A stretch of DNA of 60,149 nt, the filler included, from Nemertoderma westbladi (taxonomy: Eukaryota > Animalia > Xenacoelomorpha), in assembly GCA_032718475.1 (NCBI GenBank). It is 2 parts of 2 records of this genome, joined end to end, with 100 filler letters (N's around TTAATTAATTAA, not from the genome) between each part and the next. Parts side by side here need not be neighbours in the genome. Positions count along the whole stretch, not along the records: positions 1 to 31,771 come from JAUCBJ010001109.1; 1 more part is not named here. One strand, given 5' to 3'. Positions 1 to 9,700 of the stretch are shown here, one piece after another. Below the pieces are notes generated by a model, which did no database searches, was not told where the DNA came from, and saw only the letters and a list, made by a program, of their open reading frames with translations. A program made the translations under genes and the position numbers. Position 1 is the first letter of the stretch; every line of letters starts with the position of its first letter.

Positions 1-141
1 GCAGTTAGGAACTTTCACCCGTCAAACGGCTGGACAGACACCCCTCAAACGGGTGGATGAGTTTGTATTTCTCCACACAAATCCCTATTAAAAATTAAAA
101 TTAAATTCGCATTGCTATTTTTTTAGACGCACGAGTAAAAT

Positions 142-747
142 TTTAGTATATCAAGAAGATTGGGGTGTCTGATTATTTATCAGTATTCCAAATATAATAT
201 TCCATCAACAAATATAATGAATAACCGACAGTAAATAGCAGTACAAAGTTTAAGGTGTGAATGGTTATGAATGCAGTGAGTTTCGTTCTGATTTGGTATG
301 ATAACAGATATACGTTCTATAATTAAGCCTACTAATGTTGGGCTAAAGACTGAAACACGGAGGTTCCAAAGCCGGTGTTCGAGGCTGTGGACAAAATCAC
401 ATACTGACTCAACTCCACGAGTTTCTATATACAATCTCTAACGCAGAGGCAAAAAAACGCTCTGATTGGTCGACCGAACAAAGAAGGAACAGAGAACAAA
501 GAAAAGCTCCACGTATACAGCATCAGCTGTTAGCCGTCGTCATGGTAGCTACACTGTTTCCAGAGGATTTGGCGCATTGCGTCATAAAATTGCTAATCAT
601 GTCCGCTAAAGTACACATACAGAAGAAATGGCTTTTATGTCCTCTAAAACAACAGTACAGTAAGGACACGGCCATTTATGCCTGTTAAACCAACTACAGA
701 GTACTTTACGGGGAAAATAACCGGCTAATTACGCAAAAGCCTTTACA
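142..747 (-). repeat. 3' LTR, distal end missing or interrupted
   Basis: Matches 14547-15150 with about 3 substitutions and 2 single-base indels. Begins TGTAAAG on the minus strand at 747. Similarity stops abruptly at 142. Confidence 0.92.
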
Positions 748-758
748 CCGCTCCCAGA
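748..758 (-). promoter_or_regulatory. Polypurine tract
   Basis: Minus strand reads ...GGGAGCGG directly before the TGT start of the 3' LTR. Confidence 0.7.
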
Positions 759-825
759 AAATGGGATTTAAGTCTATAAAATATAACAAATCACAGTTTC
801 TAAAATATAAAAATACTCTAAACAG

Positions 826-3800
826 TTAGTCTTTCTTACGCGGACGGCGTTTACGCAGTTTTTTGAGGCTAGCAAGAGTCCTTTTCTCTTTGGGGCGAGC
901 CACTTTACTAGGAGGGCTGTAACTCCTGGGTGAAGGGTGCAATACAATTGCATCAGAAGGTTTAGGATTACGATCGGTATATCCGCCGGTCGAGGTACCT
1001 GGTTGATCGATATCAACTTCAGTGGAGCGAGGTCTAACGGCCTTTAGGGCGCGTCTTAGGACAGCAGCTCCTACGGGTCCTTGACGGGTCGTCTGGACAA
1101 TGGCGGTAGGTGGACCGTGAGTGGTGAGAAACTTCCTTGGTTTAATGGTTCTTTCCAGCTCGCGTTCTCGGGCTCGATATTCGTAGGGCCGTCGAGATAC
1201 TTCCTGTAACTCAGGGTGCGAGTTGATAAATAAATCGCCATACTCAGGGTCTTGACGGATGAAATTGATCAAATGGTATGAAGTAATATCGTTAGGATTG
1301 ACGTTCCTAAGATATTTTCGAACAAATTTGGTGGAAATACACTCACCAACACGCTTCATTAGTTCGTAACTCGGTGTGCGTGTTTTTTGTTCCACAGACG
1401 CGAATAAATAAGGATGGAACGCGTAAACTCCCTCATAAGAGCGTCCAGGGTAGTAGCGATGGCGGGACTCACAATGTAAATCCGCGTTCGCTTCCCAAGC
1501 TCGGATGTAGCGCAGGGTAATCATCTCATCTACGCTTTCTAAATCGCGGTTAAAGGGGCAATTATAACTGGCATGTCCTTTAAGTTGACAGTGGTGGCAT
1601 TGGGTCATAAATTGGGGGCAGACTGCAAAAATATGCGAGTTATTAAGTCTGCAATACGCACAATAGATCTCCATCATCGGTTGTTCGTGGAAATAGGAGC
1701 AGGGTACGTCTGAGTCCATAGGGGTGAAATGGTCTCTCGATGCGCATAATCGACAACGTTTTCGAGAAACATAGTTGGCGTGTCGATAATCGTATGCGGT
1801 GAGACATTGTGGACCTTGATACCACTCCAAGACGTAATCGTTATCGCTGCTCCGGGGCGCTGTAGGCTGGATCGCTTCAGACTCTAAGCAGATTGGTTCG
1901 TCTTCCAATTGCATAGCTGAGGTAGGTGCGGCTGTCTCCGCAAGCGGACCCACTGTCTGAACTTCCACGACAGAATAACCTGTGGGTATTCGGGGTCTTT
2001 GTATAACAGATGAATGTAAGTTCTGTATACAAACGTCCTGAAAGAGAGCAAATCCCGCGCTGTTTAGCTTCTCCGCAGCTGAGTCTCTTAGGCTGAGTTT
2101 GGTCAGAGCGCGGTCCTTGAACTGACTATCAACGTTACGGAACGGAGTCAGAAAGCGCCTGAAACATTCGAAGCGGATGAATTTATTGTGTTCATCTAAC
2201 TTGGCGAGTTTGGTTCCAAGTATTAAGGGATGGGCGCGTATGGTACGACTGCACACATCGGCGAGCCAACCGGCAAGTGCTGCGTTTTCAAAGATCGTGT
2301 ATATAGCTAAGGAGGGACGAAGTGGAACACTCATAAAGCTATACACGGCGCCAGGTGCGGTCAATGGTCCATCAAAGTATAAACGAGAATAATGATCTCC
2401 ATATACTTGTTGGTAATTTATAGGATTTCCAACCTTGAAATTCCATCCGTATTCTTGAAAGGCAAGATGTCCGATGGAGGTTCGTTGTACTTTAGTAATG
2501 CCGCTGGGTGTATTTGCATACATAGTGCGGAAGAAACCTCGGCCTTCTGCCCAGGGAGCAATCAGCTGAGTATCCACGAAAGGGTATGGGATGTTCTCCA
2601 TATTCCGAAAGTCGTTTTGTAGATCTCCATAAACAGCTGAGCCGATTTTAAGGATTCTTTCGTTAAACAACATCTCGAGCACGGGCTGGGGTAACATCGA
2701 TCCATCGATACCCATGGCCGGTTTGCGCTCGGTGTCGGCGACATAACGCTGCGCGAGTTCGAATTGTCCATGTCGGAGTTTCTTTTGTGTCTCAGTAAGA
2801 GTCTCAAAAGAATAATCAATCACATCGGAACACGCTCGAGTAAATACGTGGGTAGAACCAGCGAGTCCTCGTATGTGTATCATCCGCGTAGTTCCCAGTT
2901 CTCCAACCGGAACGCTACCTTCGTTGTCGTAAGTGACAACTCCATACATCTCGATAACGTTAAGAGTCTCTTTCCACTCTTTAGTGGCGTTTTCGAGGGT
3001 CATTCCCACTGGATGCCACAAGGTAGCGCATTCGCTAGCATTAGGTAGGTCTCTATACTTTAAATATTGTGTGGTATATGTTTCCACATCTCCATATCGT
3101 TGTATTCTTTCCTCCTCGAATAACACGTCAAGATTCCAGTGTACTAAACGAGTTTTGATGAATCCATCAAGATTATACGGAGGTATTGTTTCTTTCTCTA
3201 TTCTGGAAACATTGTATGGTTTTCGAAATGAGTTTATTTTAACTAACTGATCCAGATGTTTATGCAGTTGTTCGAGTTCGACAAGATCGAGAGGATTTAT
3301 GAGTGGCAGAAACCTCAGACTATGTGTAGGATCTTCCGGTTTTACCATGTAATATTGTGTTAGGTTGACGTAATAAGGGTGATCTTTGATCCCATAAAAC
3401 GAGTCCGGTAAAGGTCTAGCACGTATGTTAACATCGTGTACCATGCGACGGACAAGATCCGCTCTATTGTCCGGAGGTTCAACGAGTATACCATCGACAC
3501 GAGCGGCTTCGATGGGCGGACGTTGCAACATAGGAGCGTCAGCGATAAGATCTCTAGATCTTAGGTTGATATCAACCGGTTGGGGTTGTACCGTCGCAAA
3601 GAGTTTGTCTCCGAAATGGGGAACCATCGAGGGATGAAGGATGGTTTTAGAGTAGAGATCCGTCATAAGGATTTGAGCTTCGGGTTGAGCTAAAGCTGCT
3701 TCTTCTCTCTCATCTAGTTCTATATGTCTCTCCTCGAGCTGATTTTCCTCCGCTTGTTGTTGTAGACGCTCATCTAGGAACTCTTGTAAAGAGTAGGTTC

Positions 3801-5079
3801 GTCCACGTTCGATGTCCTCCTCGAGATTTTGTATTTCTCTATCGAACTGGGGTAAAGCTAATTCCTTCACCGCTTGGACTTGTTGTTGCAATTTACGTTT
3901 CTCCATACAATCGTAAGTTCCTTTTCCGATTTTCTGCCGAATAGCGTCTAACGCGTTTCGTACGACGCTCTCTTCGACTTCCATAACGGGTTGTATCGAG
4001 GTGAAGCCGGGACGGTTGTGTGGGTTAAACGGCGATATTAGATGACCGCGTCCCAATCCAGCTAGGTAGGGTTGGCGAATATCTAGCGAGCCTACTACCG
4101 GAGTGCCACCGATCAACTGTTCGGGTAACACTAGATCTTTGAACAGTGAGTACAGTTCGGGAGGATCCGTGATACTATTAGGATCAAGAGTCTGAGGTCT
4201 AACTGAGGAATGAGGAGGTCTGACCGAGTATTCCGGAACTCTGATCATTGGTTTGTTCAAGGATCGTTTGAGTCGAGCGACCGTAGGGGATACGTCGAAC
4301 AGGTTTCGCTCGAAACTCCCATAAGTATATCGTGTAAAACTGTGTTTAGCGCAACGTCTCCGCGGATGTTTATGTCTTTCCATTTGCTGATTGGGTCTAG
4401 GGCATTCGTCGCAGTAATACCAAAGACGCACGTCCTGCAGGGGAAACGCGGGTGATCGTTCTCCAGTTTTACAATATTCCTCCATCTGTTCGAAGCTATC
4501 TGGGACAACAGGTAGCGGTCGATCGGCGGTAAGATACATCATAGTGAAATAGAGTCGTTTGAGTTCTATCATAGGATCATGATGTATACCTTGAGGATAT
4601 CTAGTTTCGAGATTTTGTTGGCTGGAAATATTGAGATATGTCTCTCTCAGGAATTCCAGATAATCGTTGAAGTCACTACGTTTATCTGGCTCTTCAACGT
4701 CTTCCCTTTCGAGTCTGTTTCGAATAGAGTTCTCGTGTTCTATTCTCGGTTTATCGTTCCGACTCCGCTGGGTATGATATTTAAATAAAACCATTTCCCT
4801 TTCGGTATCTACATCATCCGTATCGTGTAAATCGATAGGATGGCCGGTAGTTAAGAAGTCCATATACGTACCATTACGATGCGTATAGCGAGCGGTGAAC
4901 TTTCTATAATCCAATTCACGCGTAAGTTGCTCCGGGGACATTGGCGGTTCGATATAACGACCATCATCCTCCGTAGTAGTTGGACCAGCGTCGCCGCGTA
5001 TCAAGCTATCGACAAACACTTGTAAAGGTAGAGTATATCGCTCCCTGATACTAAGATCATCTTCTATCAACTCAGTCAT
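826..5079 (-). CDS. Retroelement accessory protein (1417 aa): coiled coil, DEDDy-like 3'-5' exonuclease, three CCHC-type zinc knuckles, basic C-terminus
   Basis: Uninterrupted 4.25-kb ORF. Exonuclease-like motifs VVTYDNEG (ExoI), LPQPVLEMLFNERILKIGSAVYGD (ExoII), FVDTQLIA, SIGHLAF and PLRPSLAIYTIFE (ExoIII-like). Knuckles CRLC..H..C, CAYC..H..C and CHHCQLKGHASYNC. Ends KKLRKRRPRKKD. Confidence 0.85.
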   Translation of the reverse strand: MTELIEDDLSIRERYTLPLQVFVDSLIRGDAGPTTTEDDGRYIEPPMSPEQLTRELDYRKFTARYTHRNGTYMDFLTTGHPIDLHDTDDVDTEREMVLFKYHTQRSRNDKPRIEHENSIRNRLEREDVEEPDKRSDFNDYLEFLRETYLNISSQQNLETRYPQGIHHDPMIELKRLYFTMMYLTADRPLPVVPDSFEQMEEYCKTGERSPAFPLQDVRLWYYCDECPRPNQQMERHKHPRRRCAKHSFTRYTYGSFERNLFDVSPTVARLKRSLNKPMIRVPEYSVRPPHSSVRPQTLDPNSITDPPELYSLFKDLVLPEQLIGGTPVVGSLDIRQPYLAGLGRGHLISPFNPHNRPGFTSIQPVMEVEESVVRNALDAIRQKIGKGTYDCMEKRKLQQQVQAVKELALPQFDREIQNLEEDIERGRTYSLQEFLDERLQQQAEENQLEERHIELDEREEAALAQPEAQILMTDLYSKTILHPSMVPHFGDKLFATVQPQPVDINLRSRDLIADAPMLQRPPIEAARVDGILVEPPDNRADLVRRMVHDVNIRARPLPDSFYGIKDHPYYVNLTQYYMVKPEDPTHSLRFLPLINPLDLVELEQLHKHLDQLVKINSFRKPYNVSRIEKETIPPYNLDGFIKTRLVHWNLDVLFEEERIQRYGDVETYTTQYLKYRDLPNASECATLWHPVGMTLENATKEWKETLNVIEMYGVVTYDNEGSVPVGELGTTRMIHIRGLAGSTHVFTRACSDVIDYSFETLTETQKKLRHGQFELAQRYVADTERKPAMGIDGSMLPQPVLEMLFNERILKIGSAVYGDLQNDFRNMENIPYPFVDTQLIAPWAEGRGFFRTMYANTPSGITKVQRTSIGHLAFQEYGWNFKVGNPINYQQVYGDHYSRLYFDGPLTAPGAVYSFMSVPLRPSLAIYTIFENAALAGWLADVCSRTIRAHPLILGTKLAKLDEHNKFIRFECFRRFLTPFRNVDSQFKDRALTKLSLRDSAAEKLNSAGFALFQDVCIQNLHSSVIQRPRIPTGYSVVEVQTVGPLAETAAPTSAMQLEDEPICLESEAIQPTAPRSSDNDYVLEWYQGPQCLTAYDYRHANYVSRKRCRLCASRDHFTPMDSDVPCSYFHEQPMMEIYCAYCRLNNSHIFAVCPQFMTQCHHCQLKGHASYNCPFNRDLESVDEMITLRYIRAWEANADLHCESRHRYYPGRSYEGVYAFHPYLFASVEQKTRTPSYELMKRVGECISTKFVRKYLRNVNPNDITSYHLINFIRQDPEYGDLFINSHPELQEVSRRPYEYRARERELERTIKPRKFLTTHGPPTAIVQTTRQGPVGAAVLRRALKAVRPRSTEVDIDQPGTSTGGYTDRNPKPSDAIVLHPSPRSYSPPSKVARPKEKRTLASLKKLRKRRPRKKD

Positions 5080-5899
5080 ATCTGCTATGAGTTTATCAAT
5101 ATTACAATGAGTTTATATATTAGGCTAGCGGGCGTCGCTGCCTACCCCTCTTTTGCCCCCGGACAGTGCAAGATCCTCAGCGCCGATGTACCGTCGTTGC
5201 TGTGCTTTCGCCAACGATGTAGCTACACAACGACAACGATAACCGGCACAAGTCACTCCACTGTCCGTCCCAAAGGCTTAGATGTACTTCAGGTTCTTTC
5301 TGGAGAGTTAGGGCTACTTTCACAATTGCGACTAGCTACTGTAAACACACTTTAGCAGTAACATTCACCTATGAACGCACAAATTCAACACAACTGCCAC
5401 AAACTGTGCACATTCGGGCCATTTGTCCGTTAGTCAAGTGCCTTCCAGAATGTCACGTTGTTATTATGTATCCTTGGATACTAGCGGTGTGCTATTTATT
5501 CCGTATGCTATTCAATGAGCAAGCTTTTGATTGTTCTGTTAACTCGCTTCTAATTCTAGCGTGGTTGTTGCTATGGTGACATTATGGAAAGCTAGCGGTA
5601 GAATTAGGGTAATTCTCATGCATACAGATCTGGGATGCTATTTAATAGTAAGTCTTTAATGGTCAATATCATCTTTATATATGATTTTATGAATTTTATC
5701 GGCTATTGACTCTATATTGGAGATTCTCGCACACTAATACACTTAATAGAGTGAATCTCCGCTCCCATGATCTATTAATTAATGGAATTTTGGGAATGTT
5801 ATAAATTGTATAAAAATAACAATTTATTAAATTCATTAAAATATATGAATTTAAATTTATTCCCGTAAATTGTATTATTTAATGTTAAATAGACACAAT

Positions 5900-6163
5900 T
5901 TTATTCCAGAACGTGTCTGGGGACTGGGATCCTTGATTCTAGGAATTTTGTCTTTTTAAGAGTATCGGTAAGTGCTACGATATCTTAATTGACTAGAATT
6001 TTAAAGGATCCAAAATTCGACAGATTTTGTAAATATTAATAATTAATATTTAGGATGGGCACCAGTTTATTCCAGAACTTGTCTGGGGACGTTAACCACT
6101 GATTCTAGAATTTGTCTTTCAAGTATATCGGTGGGTGCCGCGATATCTTAATCGACTAGAATT
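5900..6163. repeat. Diverged duplicated ~100-bp motif between pol and the accessory ORF
   Basis: ttattccagaac.tgtctgggga...gattctag..ttttgtcttt...tatcggt..gtgc..cgatatcttaa..gactagaatt occurs at about 5900-6000 and 6067-6163. Confidence 0.8.
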
Positions 6164-6711
6164 ACAGATGGTCAAAGGGTTTAACAGATTTATTTGCGTT
6201 GTACGCTACTGTTAAAGGGACATCACGCTACTATATGTATTATTTAATATACGGTATGAGAGCAATATCGCACGAAGCAATGTCAGTGAGAAGAGGCAAG
6301 TCGTTTCCAAGGTCTACCCAGAGCTTGGTTTAGCCGAGACACGAGGATCTGAATTTTGCATTCCTAATACTCTGCTTACCAATAATACTTAAATATAGTA
6401 GGAGCTTTATTGTACTTTAATAAGTACGGACATTTCATCTTACTGTAGTTACGTATTTGTAATGTAATACGGACAGTAAGGAAGGAGAAAAAGAATTAAT
6501 TCTCGCCGTCACACTAAATATATAATATATAAGTAATTAAGTAATAAACATTAATATATATTGCACTAATCTACTAAATAATCGCTAAAATAACATTCTA
6601 CTAAATAAAATTAAAGAAAACGATTATAATAAAATTACATAATAATACATACATAAATATAAAATAATAAGAATATAAAATAATATGGTCACACACCCAC
6701 TCCAGACGATG

Positions 6712-9700
6712 TTACGTTGGGGAGTCCCTAGATGTTTGTTGGATTAGGGAGGTGGTCGTGGGAAGAGTATCTTGCCTTCCATAGTTTCCGGACAGTTCTC
6801 GGTCTCTTTCCAGTAAACATAAACGACCAACTGGGCGATTGAGCTGCTGTGTCTCGAAGACAATTCCAGGTTTCCTCTTCGTCCTGGAATAGTGACGATA
6901 GAAACATCGCTTCAAATACATGACGGCCTTACAAAGCCGATTCCAGGATCTATAGTGGTCCATCGCTCCCGGCAGGAGAGGTGAGAGTCGCGGCGAGACG
7001 TCTGGTGTTCCAGATCTCCAGTCTCTCTCTCTGATCTCCACAACAGATCGGTTCGCAGTGGGGGAGTTTAGATCCACAGCGTCGTCCCTGGCAATGTGTA
7101 ATACAGACAGATCTATCACGGGTTTAAATAACCTTGATTTACTCGTCCGGGTTTTAGGTTCGACTTTCTCCGCTCCCTTGGCTTGTCTAATCTCAGCCGT
7201 GGTAAGATGGGGAGGCCATTCATCTTCTTTACTTAGGAAGTCGGGTCCACCTAACCAGTCTGGAGTATCTGTCAGTTCTTGAGGAGTTGCTCCTCGGGAA
7301 GCGATGTCGGTTAGATTAATCGTCTCGGGGCAATGTCTCCATTGATCTACATTGGAGTTAATATCGTCATTATCTGAGGAGTATGGTGTTCCCTCAGTTG
7401 GGTCGTCTACCTCACTGCTCTCCGCTTCCCATTCACTTACTTGGTATACCCGTTCTTTTGGTAACCTTTCTATGAGAGTTCTACGGGAAGGGCCAGTAAG
7501 GTACCAACCTACTCGAGTTCTTCCCGCATAGGCTTGTAGTGGTTGCGGTTGAGCAGGCCGTTTCTCCAATGTCTCGAGCGCTTCATGCGCATTTTGACCG
7601 ATGAGTATTTGGACTCCAGGGTAATCGGTGTTGAATCTAGGTATTTCAAGCTGCTGGGTGAAATCGTCCTCATCCCAGTTATAAGGTTCTACTTGGCTGG
7701 TAGCGAAGTTCTTTATCGCAACCATTTTTACTGACCTTATGCTGTGTTCTCCTAGTTCATCCTGGGGGGTGGACAACGCACCTACATAATAATCCGTTAT
7801 TACTGTAGATTTCCAAACCTGCATAATTCCTGACATGTTTAACTTAGTTCGGAACTTGGGTTGTCCAGCAAAGATGTCTTCGGCTAGTTCTTTGTCGATG
7901 AATGTTCCTGTGCTACCGGAGTCAAGGAGGGCGTTCACTATATAACTCCTTTTAGGTCCATGGACCCTTAACTGTACTACAGGAAATTCTCGGATTCCTA
8001 CATTGGAAGTTGGCGCTTTCCAAGATGGTTGTCAGTCAGAAGTAGTTAGGGTGAGGTCGCTGTCTGTGTCTTTTTCATACGTAAGTGCTCGATACACTGC
8101 GGTATTTATCATGTAACAGGATTCATTTTCGTCGGAGAATTCATCCATATAGAATCCTTCCATCTCAGAACTTTGGTCAGTGTCGTTCACATCACTGAAT
8201 TGGACATGTAGTTCGGAATCACTTACCTGACTCTGGCTGTTTCGCTCGAATTCAGTGTGCAACAAGATATGATGTTTCGCACCGCACTTTGCACACCTTG
8301 TGTCGGAGTAACAGGTTCGCCGTTGGTGTCCTTGTCTGAGGCAATTATAACACAACCGCTTATCCCACATGACTTCCCATCTATCCTTTAATGATTTCTT
8401 TAGGAATTCATCACACATATTCAAACGGTGGGTCCCGTCACATAGCACACATTTCGGTTTGATGTTACTTACCTTATTTTGAATAACATTGTGCACACTC
8501 GTTCTTTCTTCGGGCTTTCTTACCTGAATTCTCTTAGGAGACGTAGGGGGAGTTTTTCTTACCTGTTCTCTCCTGTCATTGGTTCGAGACTTGAATTTAC
8601 TTACTTCCTTAGGCGCTTTGTTGTCATAGTAAGATCTTTCAGTGTCTTTCCCGCTGTCCTCTCCTTGAGAAGCCTGGCTTTCGCCGTCGTCTGTATAACA
8701 CACTGGTGTTACCTTTCTCCTAGAAACGGGTTTCTCACTTACCTTGTTTTCCAGTGTCTTCTCTCTGGACTGCTTTAGGAGCTATAATTTCACTTCTCCA
8801 TCTAAGAATGACATGAGATCAGCCATGGTAGGGTCTAGTCGTTGCTGTTCCATCATATATAACACTTTCTTATCCCAGCGTGTACCCACTCCACCCTTCG
8901 GTAAAGTAGAGGCCACAGCTCCAATAACCATAGAACTCTGATATTCATGAGACTTACCTAGCCAATCTAATTGTCTACAGATCTCCTGAATCTCATCGGA
9001 AAACTCTATAATCCCGCTGCTAATGAATTTTCGGGGCGCTACCAATTTTGCATACAAATACCTAGCTATGTTATTCCTATTACCATACCTGATGTTTAGT
9101 GTATCCCAAACTTGTCTTAATCCGTCTGGATGTCCAATAAACTTTAACGCCATTAACTTGGGAGATCCTTCCAAGCACTCGATGAGGAATCTAAGTTTCT
9201 CTCCATTAGATAGTACAGAGTTCTGTATGTTATCTTTATAATATTCATTAAAAAAAGGTAACCATTTCATCTCATCTCCATTGAACTTGACTATCTCTCC
9301 CACCTTTACCGCTTGACGGGCTTCGGTTCTAGCCATTTGACGCGTAAAACTTTCTTGGGCCATCGTGTTATTTAATATTGAGTTATCGGTATATAAATTT
9401 CTCGGATTATGATCAGGTCTATAGGGAATATCATTATCAACAGGTCTATAATTACCCTTAATAGGGTTCACTATAGGAGTTTCTACTTCACTAGCAGTAT
9501 AGATGCGTGTAGGCTCCACACCTTGCGCATGAAACACTTCAGACCTAACAGGTTGACACATTGTTACAGGGGGTGGTGGTATACCCTTTTGTGTATTTAC
9601 TAATTTATCACGTTCTAACGCGATACTTTGCTGCACTTCTTGCAACTCTAACCTACTCTCTCTAATTGTTCCCTTTAACTGCTGCACAGTTCCCTCCATC

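Noticed and set aside
180-434. 84-aa ORF, also at 14585-14839
   Set aside because: It lies within the LTR, is duplicated only because the LTR is, and has no recognisable motif.
826-5079. env glycoprotein or a second gag
   Set aside because: No signal peptide or transmembrane helix is evident. The knuckle spacing differs from the BEL Gag triple knuckle already present at about 8260-8450.
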